Below, piece by piece: positions 26,990 to 41,900 of a DNA stretch of 64,000 nt. Under the pieces are notes generated by a model. The model was not told where the DNA came from, searched no databases, and was given only the letters and a program-made list of their open reading frames with translations. Origin of the DNA: the human T2T-CHM13v2.0 reference genome, Homo sapiens. Within the stretch, counting starts at the first letter, position 1, and each line of letters starts with the position of its first letter. The stretch is from positions 21,024,001 to 21,088,000 of the forward strand of contig CP086569.2 in the NCBI GenBank assembly GCA_009914755.4, read 5' to 3'. Position numbers and translations under genes: made by a program.

Positions 26990-29900
26990 GTGTTATGTCC
27001 AGAGTTTGTTCCTTCAGTTGAGTCCAGAGTTTCTTCCTTCTGGCAGGGTCATGGTCTTGCTCACTTCAAGAATGAAGCTGCAGACCTTGGTCGTGAGTGT
27101 TACAGCACTTACAGGTGTTATGTCCGGAGTTTGATCCATCAGATATGTCCAGAGTTTCTTCCTTTTGGCAGGTACATGGTCTTGCTCATTTCAAGAATGA
27201 AGCTGCAGATCTTAGTGCTGAGTGTTACAGCACTTAAAGGTGTTATGTAAAGAGTTTGTTCCTTCAGAGGTGTCCAATGTTTCTTCAATCTGGCAGGTTC
27301 ATGGTCTTGCTCACTTCAAGAATGATGTTGCAGAGCTTTGCGGTGAGTGTTACAGCACTTAAAGGTGTTATATCCAGAGTTTGTTCCTTCCGATGTGTCC
27401 AGAGTTTCTTTCTTCTGGCAGGTTCATGGTCTTGCTCACTTCAAGAATGAAGCTGCAGAACTTAGTGGTGAGTGTTACAGTACTTAAAGGTGTTATGTCC
27501 AGAGCTTTTTCCTTCAGATGTGTCCAGAGTTTCTTCCATCTGGCAGGTTCATTGTCTTGCTCACTTCAAGAATGAAGCTGCAAAATTTAGTGGTGATTGT
27601 TACAGCACTTAAATGTGTTATGTCCAGAGTTTGTACCTTCAGATTTGTCCAGATATTCTTCCTTCTGGCATGTTCATGGTCTTGCTCACTTCAAGAAAGA
27701 ATGAAGCTGCAGACCTTTACGGTGAGTGTTACAGCATACAAAGGTGTTATGTCCAGAGTTTGGTCCTTCAGATGTGTCCAGAATTTCTTCTTTCGGGCAG
27801 GTTCATGGTCTTGCTCACTTCAAGAATGAAGCTGCAGACCTTGGTGGTGAGTTTTACAGCAGTTAAAGGTGTTATGTCCGGAGTTTTTTCCATCAGATGT
27901 GTATAGAGTTTCTTCCCTCTGGCATGTTAATGGTCTTGCTCACTTCAAGAATGAAGCTGCAGACCTTTACGGTGAGTGTCACAGCACTTAAAGGTGTTAT
28001 GTCCAGAGTTTGTTCATTCAGATGTGTCCAGAATTTCTTCCTTCTGGCAGGTTCATGGTCTTGCTCACTTCAAGAATGAAGCTGCAGATCTTTAGGGTGA
28101 GTGTTACAGCACTTAAAAGTGTTATGTACAGAGTGTGTTACTTCATATGTGGCCAGAGTTTCTTCCTTCTGTCAGGTTCATGGTCTTGCTCACTTCAAGA
28201 ATGAAGCTGCAGACCTTAGTGGTGAGGGTTACAGCACTTAAAGGTGTTATGTCCAGAGTTTTTTCCTTCAGATGTGTCAAGAGTTTCTTCCTTCTGGAAG
28301 GTTCATGGTCTTGCTCACTTCAAGAATGAAGCTGCAGACCTTAGTGGTGACGGTTACAGCACTTAAAGGTGTTATGTCCAGAGTTTTTTCCTTCAGATGT
28401 GTCCAGAGTTTCTTCCTTCTGGCAGGTTCATGGTCTTGCTCAATTCAAGAATGAAGCTGCAGACCTTAGTGGTGAGGGTTACAGCACTTAAAGGTGTTAT
28501 GTCCAGAGTTTATTCCTTCAGATGTGTCCAGAGTTTCTTCCTTCTGGCAGGTTCATGGTCTTGCTCACTTCAAAATGAAGCTGCAGACCTTAGTAGTGAG
28601 TGTTACAGCACCTAAATGTGTTATGTCCAGAGTTTTTTCCTTCAGATATGTCCAGAGTTTCTTCTATCTGGCAGGTTCATGGTCTTGCTCACTTCAAGAG
28701 TGAAGCTGCAAAATTTAGTGGTTATTGTTACAGCACATAAAGGTGTTATGTCCAGAGTTTGTTCCTTCAGATGTGTCCAGATATTCTTCCTTCTGGCATG
28801 TTCATGTTCTTGCTCACTTCAAGAAAGAATGAAGCTGCAGACCTTTACGGTGAGTGTTACAGCATATAAAGTTGTTATGTCCAGAGTGTGGTTCTTCAGA
28901 TGTGTCCAGAATTTCTTCTTTCGGGCAGGTTCATGGTCTTGCTCACTTGAAGAATGAAGCTGCAGACCTTGGTTGTGAGTGTTACAAAACTTAAAGGTGT
29001 TATGTGCAGAGTTTGTTCCATCAGATGTGTATAGAGTTTCTTCCTTCTGGCAGGTTCATGGTCTTGCTCACTTCAACAATGAAGCTCCAGAACGTTACGG
29101 TGAGTGTTACGGTACTTAATGTTGTCATGTCCAGGGTTTGTTCCTTCAGATGTGTCCAGAGTTTCTTCATTCTGTCAGGTTCATTTTCTTGTTCTCCTCA
29201 ATAATTAAGCTGCAGACCTTAGTGGTGAGCGTTACCGCACTTAAAGGTTTTATGTTCAGAGTTTGTTCCATAAGATGTGTCCAGAGTTTCTTTCTTATGG
29301 CAGGTTCATGGTCTTGCTCACTTCAAGGATGAAGCTCCAGACCTTTACGGTGAGTTTTACAGCACTTAAAAGCGTTATGTCCAGAGTTTGTTCCTTCAGT
29401 TGTGTCCAGAGTTTCTTCCTTCTTTCAGGTTCATGGTCTTGCTCACTTCAAGAATGAACCTGCAGACCTTGGTCGTGAGTGTTACAGCACTTACAGGTGT
29501 TATGTTCCGAGTTTGTTCCATCAGATGTGTCCAGAGTTTCTTCCTTTTGGCAGGTACATGGTCTTGCTCATTTCAAGAATGACGCTGCAGATCTTAGTGG
29601 TGAGTGGTAGAGCACTTAAAGGTGTTATGTAAAGAGTTTTTTCCTTCAGATGTTTCCAAAGTTTCTTCAATCTGGCAGATTCATGGTCTTGCTCACTTCA
29701 AGAATGATGTTGCAGAGCTTTACGGTGAGTGTTACAGCACTTAAAGGTGTTATATCCAGAGTTTCTTCCTTCAGATATGACCAGAGTTTCTTTCTTCTGG
29801 CAGGTTCATGGTCTTGCTCACTTCAAGAATGAATGAAGCTGCAGACCTTTACGTTGAGTGTTACAGCATATAAAGGTGTTATGTCCAGAGTTTGGTCCTT

Positions 29901-32900
29901 GAGATGTGTCCAGAGTTTCTTCCTTCGGGCTGGTTCATGGTCTTGCTCACTTCAAGAATGAAGCTGCAGACATTATTGGTGAGGGTTACAGCACTTAAAG
30001 TTGTTATGTCCAGAGTTTTTTCCTTCAGATGTGTCTAGAGTTTCTTCCTTCTGGCAGGTTCATGGTCTTGCTCAATTCAGGAATGAAGCTGCAGACCTTA
30101 GTGGTGAGTGTTACAGCACTTAAAGGTGTTATGTACAGAGTTTGTTCCTTCAGATGTGTCCAGAGTTTCTTCCTTCTGGCAGGTTCATGGTCTTGCTCAG
30201 TTCAAGAATGAAGCTGCAGACCTTAGTGGTGAATGTTACAGCACTTAAATGTGTTATATAAAGAGTTTGTTCCTTCAGATGTGTCCAAAGTTTCTTCAAT
30301 CTGGCAGGTTCATGGTCTTGCTCACTTCAAGAATGAAGCTGCAGACCTTTAGGGTGAGTGTTACAGCACTTAAAAGTGTTATGTCCAGAGTTTGTTCCTT
30401 CATATGTGGCCAGAGTTTCTTCCTTCTGGCAGGTTCATGGTCTTGCTCACTTCAAGAATGAAGCTGCAGACCTTTACGGTGAGTGTTACAGCATTTAAAC
30501 GTGTAATCTCCAGAGTTTGTTCCTTTAGATGTGTCCAGAGTTTCTTCCTTCAGGCAGGTTCATGGTCTTGCTCACTTCAAGAATGAAGCTGCGGACCTTA
30601 GTGGTGAGGGTTACAGCACTTAAAGGTGTTATGTCCAGAATTTTTTCCTTCAGATGTGTCCAGAGTTTCTTCCTTCTGGCAGGTTCATGGTCTTGCTCAC
30701 TTCAAGAATGAAGCTGCAGACCTTAGTGGTGAGGGTTACAGCACTTAAAGGTGTTATGTCCAGAGTTTTTTCCTTCAGATGTGTCCAGAGGTTCTTCCTT
30801 CTGGCAGGTTCATGGTCTTGCTCAATTCAAGAATGAAGCTGCAGACGTTAGTGGAGAGTGTTACAGCACTTAATGGTGTTATGTCCAGAGTTTTTTCCTT
30901 CAGATGTGTCCAGAGTTTCTTCCTTCTGGCAGGTTCATGGTCTTGCTCAATTCAAGATTGAAGCTGCAGACCTTAGTGGTGAGTGTTACAGCAGTTAAAG
31001 GTGTTATGTCCAGAGTTTTTTCCTTCAGATGTGTCCAGATTTTCTTCCATCTGGCAGGTTCATGGTCTTGCTCACTTCAAGAGTGAAGCTGCATAATTTA
31101 GTGGTGATTGTTACAGCACTTAAAGGTGTTATGTCCAGAGTTTGTTCCTTCAGATGTGTCCAGATATTCTTCCTTCTGGCATGTTCATGGTCTTGCTCAC
31201 TTCAAGAAAGAATGAAGCTGCAGACCTTTACGGTGTGTGTTGCAGCATATAAAGGTGTTATTTGCAGATTTTTGTCCTTCAGATGTGTCCAGAATTTCTT
31301 CTTTCGGGCAGGTTCATGGTCTTGCTCACTTCAAGAATGAAGCTGCAGACCTTGGTGGTGAGTGTTACAGCACTTAAAGGTGTTATGTCCAGAGTTTGTT
31401 CCATCAGATATGTATAGAGTTTCTTCCTTCTGGCAGGTTCATTGTCTTGCTCACTTCAAGAATGAAGCTGCGGACCTTTACGGTGAGTGTCACAGCACTT
31501 AAAGGTGTTATGTCCAGAGTTTGTTCATTCAGATGTGTCCAGAATTTCTTCCTTCTGGCAGGTTCATGGTCTTGCTCACTTCAAGAATGAAGCTGCAGAC
31601 CGTTAGGGTGAGTGTTACAGCACTTAAAAGTGTTATGTCCAGAGTTTGTTCCTTCAGATGTGGCCAGAGTTTCTTCTTCTGGCAGGTTCATGGTCTTCCT
31701 CACTTTAAGAATGAAACTGCAGACCCTTACAGTGAGTGTTACAGCATTTAAACGTCTTATGTCCAGAGTTTGTTCTTTTAGATGTGCCCAGAGTTTCTTC
31801 CTTCTGGCAGGTTCATGGTCTTGCTCACTTCAAGAATGAAGCTGCAGACCTAGGTTTTGAGTGTTACAACACTTAAAGGTGTTATGTCCAGAGTTTGTAC
31901 CGTCAGATATGTCTAGAGTTTCTTCCTTCTGGCAGGTTCATGGTCTTGCTCACTTCAAGAATGAAGCTGCAGACCTTAGTGGTGAGTGTGACAGTAATTA
32001 AATTTGTTATGTCCAGAGTTTGTTCGTTCAGATGTGTCCAGAGTTTCTTCCATCTGGTAGGTTCATGGTCTTGCTCACTTCAAGAATGATGTTGCAGAGC
32101 TTTACGGTGAGTGTTACAGCACTTAAAGGTGTTATATCCAGAGTTAGTTCCTTCAGATGTGTCCAGAGTTTCTTCCTTCTGGCAAGTTCAAGGTCTTGCT
32201 AACTTCAAGAATGAAGCTGCAGACCTTTACGCTGAGTGTTACAGTACGTAAATGTGTTATGTCCAGAGTTTGTTAATTCAGATTTGTCCAGAGTTTCTTC
32301 CTTCTGCAGGTTCATGGTCCTGCTCACTTCAACAATGAAGCTGCAGACCTTTACGGTGAGTGTTACAGCACTTAAAAGTGTTATGTCCAGAGTTTGTTCC
32401 TTCAGATGTGTCCAGAGTTTCTTTCTTCTGGCAGGTTCATGGTCTTCCTCACTTCAATAATGAAGCTCCAGTCCTTTACGGTGAGTGGTACAGCACTTAA
32501 AGGTGTTATGTCCAGCGTTTGTTCCTTCAGATGTGTCCAGAATTTCTTCCTTCTGGCAGTTTCATGGTCTTGCTCCCTTCAAGAATGAAGCTGCAGACAT
32601 TAGTGGTGAGTGTTACAGCACTTAAAGGTGTTATGTCCAGAGATTTTGCCTTCAGATGTGTCCAGAATTTCTTTCATCTGGCAGGTTCATGGTCTTGCTC
32701 ACTTCAAGAGTGAAGCTGCAGAATTTAGTGGTGAGTGTTACAGCACTTAAAGGTGTTATGTCCAGAGTTTGTTCCTTCAGATGTGTCCATAGTTTCTTTC
32801 TTCTGGCAGTTTCATGGTCTTGCTCACTTCAAGAAAGAATGAAGCTGCAGACTTTTACGGTGAGTTTTACAGCATATAAAGTTGTTATGTCCAGAGTTTG

Positions 32901-35900
32901 TTCCTTCAGATGTGTATAGAGTTTCTTCCTTCTGGCAGGTTCATGGTCTTGCTCACTTCAAGAATGAAGCTGCAGACCTTTACGGTGAGTGTTACAGCAC
33001 TTAAAGGTGTTATATCCAGAGTTTGTTCCTTCAGATGTGTCCAGAGTTTCTTTCTTCTGGCAGGTTCATGGATTTGCTCACTTCAAGAATGAAGCTCCAG
33101 AGCTTTATGGTGAGTTTTTCATCACTTAAAAGTGTTATGTCCAGGGTCTGTTCCTTCAGTTGTGTCCAGAGTTTCTTCCTTCTGGCAGGTTCATGGTCGT
33201 GCTCACTTGAAGAATGAAACTGCAGACCTTTACGGTGAGTGTTACAACACTTAAAGGTATTATGTCCAGAGTTTGTTACTTCAGATGTGTCCAGAGTTTC
33301 TTCCTTCTGGCAGGTTCATGGTCTTGCTAGCTTCAAGAATGAAGCTGCAGACGTTTACGGTGAGTGTTACAGCACTTAATGTTGTTATTTCGAGAGTTTT
33401 TTCCTTTAGATGTGTCCAGAGTTTCTTCCTTCTGGCAGGTTCGTTGTCTTGCTCACTTCAAAAATGAAGCTGCAGACCTTAGTGGTGAGCGTTACAGCAC
33501 TTACGTTTTTATGTCCAGAGTTTGTTCCTTCAGATGTGTCCAGAGTTTCTTCCTTCTGGCAGGTTCATGGTCTTGCTGTCCTCAAGAATGAAGCTGCAGA
33601 CCTTTACGGTGAGTGTTACAGCATTTAAAGGTGTTATGTCCAGAGTTTTTTCCTTCAGATGTGTCCAGAATTTCTACCTTCTGGCAGGTTCATGGTCTTG
33701 CTCACTTTAAGAATGATGCTGCAGACCTTAGTGGTGAGGGTTACAGCACTTAAAGATGTTATGTCCACAGTTTTTTCCTTCAGATGTGTCCAGAGTTTCT
33801 TCCTTCTGGCAGGTTCATGGTCCTGCTCACGTCAAGAATGAAGCTGCAGACCTTATTGGTGAGTGTTACAGCACTTAAAGGTGTTATGTCCAGAGTTTGT
33901 TCCTTCAGATGTGTACAGAGTTTCTTCCCTCTGGCAGGTTCATGGTCTTGCTCACTTCAAGAATGAAGCTGCAGACCTTTGTGGTGAGTGTTACAGCACT
34001 TAAAGGTTTTGTTTCCAGAGTTTTTTCCTTCAGATGTGTCCAGAGGTTCTTCCATCTGGCAGGTTCATGGTCTTGCTCAGTTCAAGAGTGAAGCTGAAGA
34101 ATTTAGTGGTGAGTGTTACAGCACTTAAAGGTGTTATGTCCAGAGTTTGTTCCTTCAGATGTGGCCAGATATTCTTCCTTCTGGCAGGTTCATGGTGTTG
34201 CTCACTTCAACAAAGAATGAAGCTGCAGATCTTTACGTTGAGTGTTACAGCATATAAAGGTGTTATGTCCGGAGATTGATCCTTCAGATGTGTCCAGATA
34301 TTCTTCCTTCTGTCATGTACATGGTCTTGCTCACTTCCAGAAAGAATGAAGCTGCAGAGATTTACGGTGAGTGTTACAGCATATAAAGGTGTTATTTCCA
34401 GAGTGTGGTCCTTCAGATATGTCCAGAGTTTCTTTCTTCTGGCAGGTTCATGGACGTACTCACTTCAAGAATGAAGCTCCAGACATTTAGGGTGAGTGTT
34501 ACACCACGTAAAAGTGTTATGTCCAGAGTTTGTTCCTTCAGATGTGGCCAGAGTTTCTTCCTTCTGGCAGGTTCATTTGTCTTGCTCACTTCAAGAATGA
34601 AACTGTAGACATTTACGGTGAGTTTTACAGCACTGAAAAATGTTATGTCCAGAGTTTGTTCCTTCAGATGTGTCCAGAGTTTCGTCCTTCTGGCAAGTTC
34701 AAGGTCTTGCTAACTTCAAGAATGAAGCTGCAGACATTTACGCTGAGTGTTACAGTACGTAAAAGTGTTATGTCCAGAGTTTGTTAATTCAGATTTTTCC
34801 AGGGTTTCTTCCTTCTGCAGGTTCATGGTCCTGCTCACTTCAACAATGAAACTGCAGACCTTTACGGTGAGTGTTACAGCACTTAAAGGGGTTATGTCCA
34901 GAGTTTGTTCCTTCAGATGTGTCCAGAGTATCTTTCTTCTGGCAGGTTCATGGTCTTGGTCACTTCAATAATGAAGCTCCAGTCCTTTACGGTGAGTGTT
35001 ACAGCACTTAAAGGTGTTATGTCCGGAGTTTGTTCCTCCAGATGTGTACAGAGTTTCTTCCTTCTGGCAGGTTCATGGTCTTGCTCACTTCAAGAATGAA
35101 GCTGCAGACCTTAGTGGTGAGGGTTACAGCACTTAAAGGTGTTATGTCCAGAGTTTTTTCCTTCAGATGTGTCCAGAGTTTCTTCCTTCTGGCCGGTTCA
35201 TGGTCTTGCTCACTTCAAGAATGAAGCTGCAGACCTTAGTGTTGAGTGTTACAGCACTTAAAGTTGTTATGTCCAGAGTTTGTTCCTTCATATGTGGCCA
35301 GCATTTCTTCCTTCTGGCAGGTTCATGGTCTTGCTCACTTCAAGAATGAAGCTGCAGACCTTGGTGGTGAGTGTTACAGCACTTAAAGGTGTTATGTCCA
35401 GAGTTTTTTCCATCAGATGTGTATAGAGTTTCTTCCTTCTGGCAGGTTCATGGTCTTGCTCATTTCAAGAATGAAGCTGCAGACCTTTAAGGTAAGTGTT
35501 ACAGCACATAAAGGTGTTATGTCCAGAGTTTTTTCCTTCAGATGTGTCCAGAGTTTCTTTCTTCTGGCAGGTTCAAGGTCTTTCTCACTTCAATAATGAA
35601 CCTCCAGTCCTTTACGGTGAGTGTTACAACACTTAAAGGTGTTATGTCCAGAGTTTTTTCCTTCATATGTGTCCAGAGTTTCTTCCTTCTGGCAGTTTCA
35701 TGGTCTTGCTCACTTCAAGAATGAAACTGCAGACCATTACGGTGAGTGTTACAGCACTGAAAGATGTTATGTCCAGAGTTTGTTCCTTCAGATGTGTCCA
35801 GAGTTTCTTCCTTCTGGCAGGTTCATGGTCTTGCTCAATTCAAGAATGAAGCTGCAGACCTTAGTGTTGAGTGTTACAGCACTTAAAGGTGTTACGTCCA

Positions 35901-38900
35901 GAGTTTATTCCTTCAGATGTGTCCAGAGTTTCTTCCATCTGGCAGTTTCATGTTCTTGCTAACTTCAAGCGTGAAGCTGCAGAATTTAGTGGTGAGTGTT
36001 ACAGCACATAAAGGTGTTATGTCCAGAGATTCTTTCTTCAGATGTGTCCAGATATTCTTCCTTCTGTCCTGTACATGGTCTTGCTCACTTCAAGAAAGAA
36101 TGAAACTGCAGACCTTTACAGTGAGTGTTACAGCATATAAAGGTGTTATGTGCAGAGTTTGGTCCTTCAGATGTGTCCAGAGTTTCTTCCTTCGGGCAGG
36201 TTCATGGTCTAGCTCACTTCAAGAATGAAGCTGCAGAGCTTGTTGGTGAGTGTTACAGCAGTTAAAGGTGTTATGTCCAGAGTTTCTTCCATCAGATGTG
36301 TATAGAGTTTCTTGCTACTGGCAGGTTCATGGTCTTGCTCACTTCAAGAATGAAGCTGCAGACCTAGGTGGTGAGTGTTACAGCACTTAAAGGTGTTATG
36401 TCCAGAGTTTGTTCCGTCAGATGTGTCTAGAGTTTCTTGCTTCTGGCAGGTTCATGGTCTTGCTCACTTCAAGAATCATGCTGCAGACCTTTACGGTGAG
36501 TTTTACAGCACTTAATGGTGTTATATCCTGTGTTCGTTCCTTCACATGTGTCCAGAGTTTCTTCCTTCGGGCAGGTTCATTGTCTTGCTCACTTCAAGAA
36601 TGAAGCTGCAGTCCTTACTGTTGAGTGTTACAGCACATAAAGTTGTTATGTCCAGAGTTTCTTCCTCCAGATGTGGCCAGAGTTTCTTCCTTCTGTCAGG
36701 TTCATGGTCTTACTCCCTTCAAGAATGAAGCTGCAGACCTAGGTGGTGAGTGTTACAGCACTTAAAGGAGTTATGTCCAGAGTTTGTTCCGTGAGATGTG
36801 TCCAGCGTTTCTTCCATCTGGCAGGTTCATGGTATTGCTCACTTCAAGAATGATGCTGCAGACCTTTACGGTGAGTGTTACAGCACTTAAAGGTGTTATA
36901 TCCAGAGTTGTTCCTTCAGATGTGTCCAGCGTTTCTTTCTTCTGGCAGGTTCATCGTCTTGCTCACTTCAAGAAAGAATGAAGCTGCAGACATTTACGGT
37001 GAGTTTTACAGCATATAAAGTTGTTATGTCCAGAGTTTTTTCCTTCAGATGTGTCCAGAGTTTCTTCCTTCTGGCAGGTTCATGGTCTTGCTCACTTCAA
37101 GAATGAAGCTGCAGACCTTAGTGTTGAGTGTTACAGCACTGAAAGTTGTTATGTCTAGAGTTTGTTCCTTCATATGTGGCCAGAATTTCTTCCTTCTGGC
37201 AGGTTCATGGTCTTGCTCACTTCAAGAATGAAGCTGCAGACCTTGGTGGGGAGTGTCACAGCACTTAAAGGTGTTATGTCCAGAGTTTGTTCCATCAGAT
37301 GTGTATAGAGTTTCTTCCTTCTGGCAGGTTCATGGTCTTGCTCATTTCAAGAATGAAGCTGCAGACCTTTACGGTGAGTGTTACAGCACTTAAAGGTGTT
37401 ATATCCAGAGTTTGTTCCTTCAGATGTGTCCAGAGTTTCTTTCTTCTGGCAGGTTCATGGACTTGCTCACTTCAAGAATGAAGCTCCAGACCTTTACGGT
37501 GAATCTTACGTCACTTAAAGGTGTTATGTCCAGAGTTTCTTCCTTCAGTTGTGTCCAGAGTTTCTTCCTTCTGGCAGGTTCATGGTCTTGCTCACTTCAA
37601 GAATGAAACTGCAGACCTTTACGGTGAGTGTTACAGCACTTAAAGGTATTATGTCCAGAGTTTGTTCCTTCAGATGTGTCCAGAGTTTCTTCCTTCTGGC
37701 AGGTTCATGGTCTTGCTAGCTTCAAGAATGAAGCTGCAGACCTTTAAGGTTAGTGTTACAGCACTTAAAGGTGTTATGTCCAGAGTTTTTTCCTTCAGAT
37801 GTGTCCAGAGTTTCTTTCTTCTGGCAGGTTCATGGTCTTTCTCACTTCAATAATGAAGCTCCAGTCCTTTACGGTGAGTGTTACAACTCTTAAAGGTGTT
37901 ATGTCCAGAGATTGTTCCTTCATATGTGTCCAGACTTTCTTCCTTCTGGCAGTTTCACGGTCTTGCTTACTTCAAGAATGAAACTGCAGACCATTACGGT
38001 GAGCGTTACAGCACTGAAAGATGTTATGTCCAGAGTTTGTTCCTTCAGATGTGTCCAGAGTTTCTTCCTACTGGCAGGTTCATGGTCTTGCTCACTTCAA
38101 GAATGAAGCTGCAGATATTAGTGGTGAGTATTACAGCCCTTAAAGGTGTTATGTCCAGAGTTTTCTCCTTCAGATGTGTCCAGAGTTTCTTCCATCTGGC
38201 AGGTTCATGGTCTTGCTCACTTCAAGGGTGAAGCTGCAGAATTTAGTGGTGAGTGTTACAGCACTAAATGTGTTATGTCCAGAGTTTGTTTCTTCAGATG
38301 TTTCCAGATATTCTTCCTTCTGTCATGTACATGGTCTTGCTCACTTCAAGAAAGAATGAAGCTGCAGACCTTTACGGTGAGTGTTACAGCATATAAAGGT
38401 GTTATGTCCAGAGTTTGGTCCTTCAGATGTGTCCAGAGTTTCTTCCTTCGGGCAGGTTCATGGTCTAGCTCACTTAAAGAATGAAGCTGCAGACCTTGCT
38501 GGTGAGTGTTAGAGCAGTTAAAGGTGTTATGTCCAGAGTTTCTTCCATCAGATGTGTATAGAGTTTCTTCCTTCTGGCAGGTTCATGGTCTTGCTCACTT
38601 CAAGAATGAAACTGCAGACCATTACGGTGAGTGTTACAGCACTTAAAGGTATTATGTCCAGAGTTTGTTCCTTCAGATGTGTCCAGAATTTCTTCCTTCT
38701 GGCAGGTTCATGGTCTTGCTCCCTTCAAGAATGAAACTGCAGACCTTTACGCTGAGTGTTACAGCACTTAAAGGTATTATGTCCAGAGTTTGTTCCTTCA
38801 GATGGGTCCAGAGTTTCTTCCTTCTAGCAGGTTCATGGTCTTTCTACCTTCAAGAGTGAAGCTGCAGACCTTTAAGGTAAGTGTTACAGCACTTAAAGTT

Positions 38901-41900
38901 GTTATGTCCAGAGTTTGTTCTTTCAGATGTGTCCAGAGTTTCTTTCTACTGGCAGGTTCATGGTCTTGCTCACTTCAATAATGAAGCTCCAGTCCGTTAC
39001 GGTGAGTGTTACAGCACTTAAAGGTGTTATGTCCGGAGTTTGTTCCTCCAGATGTGTCCAGAGTTTCTTCCTTCTGGCAGGTTCATGGTCTTGCTCACTT
39101 CAAGAATGAAACTGCAGACCATTACGCTGAGTGTTACAGCATTTAAAGGTGTTATGTCCAGAGATTTTTCCTTCAGATGTGTCCAGTTTTTTCCTTCTGG
39201 CAGGTTCATTTGTCTTGCTCACTTCAAGAATGAAACTGTAGACATTTACGGTGAGTTTTACAGCACTGAAAAATGTTATGTCCAGAGTTTGTTCCTTCAG
39301 ATGTGTCCAGAGTTTCTTCCTTCTGGCAAGTTCAAGGTCTTGCTAACTTCAAGAATGAAGCTGCAGACCTTTACGGTGAGTGTTACAGTACGTAAAAGTG
39401 TTATGTCCAGAGTTTGTTTATTCAGATTTGTCCAGGGTTTCTTCCTTCTGCAGGTTCATGGTCCTGCTCACTTCAACAATGTAGCTGCAGACCTTTACGG
39501 TGAGTGTTACAGCACTTAAAGGGGTTATGTCCAGAGTTTGTTCCTTCAGATGTTTCCAGAGTATCTTTCTTCTGGCAGGTTCATGGTCTACCTCACTTCA
39601 ATAATGAAGCTCCAGTCCTTTACGGTGAGTGTTACAGTACTTAAAGGTGTTATGTCCGGAGTTTGTTCCTCCAGATGTGTCCAGAGTTTCTTCCTTCTGG
39701 CAGGTTCATGGTCTTGCTCACTTCAAGAATGAAGCTGCAGACCTTAGTGGTGAGGGTTACAGCATTTAAAGGTGTTATGTCCAGAGTTTTTTCCTTCAGA
39801 TGTGTCCAGAGTTTCTTCCTTCTGGCCGGTTCATGGTCTTGCTCACTTCAAGAATGAAGCTGCAGACCTTAGTGTTGAGTGTTACAGCACTTAACGTTGT
39901 TATGTCCAGAGTTTGTTCCTTCATATGTGGCCAGAATTTCTTCCTTCTGGCAGGTTCATGGTCTTGCTCACTTCAAGAATGAAGCTGCAGACCTTGGTGG
40001 TGAGTGTTACAGCACTTAAAGGTGTTATGTCCAGAGTTTGTTCCATCAGATGTGTATAGAGTTTCTTCCTTCTGGCAGGTTCATGGTCTTGCTCATTTCA
40101 AGAATGAAGCTGCAGACCTTTACGGTGAGTGTTACAGCACTTAAAGGTGTTATATCCAGAGTTTGTTCCTTCAGATGTGTCCAGAGTTTCTTTCTTCTGG
40201 CAGGTTCATGGGCTTGCTCACTTCAAGAATGAAGCTCCAGACCTTTAGGGTGGATTTTACGTCACTTAAAGGTGTTATGTCCAGAGTTTGTTCCTTCAGT
40301 TGTGTCCAGAGTTTCTTTCTTCTGGCAGGTTCATGGTCTTGCTCACTTCAAGAATGAAACTGCAGACATTTATGGTGCTTGTTACAGCACTTAAAGGTAT
40401 TATGTCCAGAGTTTGTTCCTTCAGATGTGTCCAGAGTTTCTTCCTTCTGGCAGGTTCATGGTCTTCCTAGCTTCAAGAATGAAGCTGCAGACCTTTAAGG
40501 TAAGTGTTACAGCACATAAAGGTGTTATGTCCAGAGTTTTTTCCTTCAGATGTGTCCAGAGTTTCTTTCTTCTGGCAGGTTCAAGGTCTTTCTCACTTCA
40601 ATAATGAAGCTCCAGTCCTTTACGGTGAGTGTTACAGCACTTAAAGGTGTTATGTCCAGAGTTTGTTCCTTCATATGTGTCCAGAGTTTCTTCCTTCTGG
40701 CAGTTTCATGGTCTTGCTCACTTCAAGAATGAAACTGCAGACCATTACGGTGAGTGTTACAGCACTGAAAGATGTTATGTCCAGAGTTTGTTCCTTCAGA
40801 TGTGTCCAGAGTTTCTTCCTTCTGGCAGGTTCATGGTCTTGCTCACTTCAAGAATGAAGCTGCAGACCTTAGTGTTGAGTGTTACAGCACTTAAAGGTGT
40901 TACGTCCAGAGTTTATTCCTTCAGATGTGTCCAGAGTTTCTTCCATCTGGCAGGTTCATGGTCTTGCTCACTTCATGCGTGAAGCTGCAGAATTTAGTGG
41001 TGAGTGTTACAGCACATAAAGGTGTTATGTCCAGAGTTTGTTTCTTCAGATGTGTCCAGATATTCTTCCTTCTGTCCTGTACATGGTCTTGCTCACTTCA
41101 AGAAAGAATGAAACTGCAGACCTTTACGGTGAGTGTTACAGCATATAAAGGTGTTATGTCCAGAGTTTGGTCCTTCAGATGTGTCCAGAGTTTCTTCCTT
41201 CGGCAGGTTCATGGTCTAGCTCACTTCAAGAATGAAGCTGCAGAGCTTGTTGGTGAGTGTTACAGCAGTTAAAGGTGTTATGTCCAGAGTTTCTTCCATC
41301 AGATGTGTATAGAGTTTCTTGCTTCTGACAGGTTCATGGTCTTGCTCACTTCAAGAATGAAGCTGCAGACCTTAGTGTTGAGTGTTACAGCACTTAAAGG
41401 TGTTATGTCCAGAGGTTGTTCCGTCAGATGTGTCTAGAGTTTCTTGCTTCTGGCAGGTTCATGGTCTTGCTCACTTCAAGAATCATGCTGCAGACCTTTA
41501 CGGTGAGTTTTACAGCACTTAATGGTGTTATATCCTGTGTTCGTTCCTTCACATGTGTCCAGAGTTTCTTCCTTCGGGCAGGTTCGTGGTCTTGCTCACT
41601 TCAAGAATGAAGCTGCAGTCCTTAGTGTTGAGTGTTACAGCACATAAGGTTGTTATGTCCAGAGTTTGTTCCTCCAGATGTGGCCAGAGTTTCTTCCTTC
41701 TGTCAGGTTCATGGTCTTACTGCCTTCAAGAATGAAGCTGCAGACCTAGGTGGTGAGTGTTACAGCACTTAAAGGTGTTATGTCCAGAGTTTGTTCCGTC
41801 AGATGTGTGTAGAGTTTCTTTCTTCTGGCAGGTTCATGGTCTTGCTCACTTCAAGAATCATGCTGCAGACCTTTACGGTGAGTTTTACAGCACTTGATGG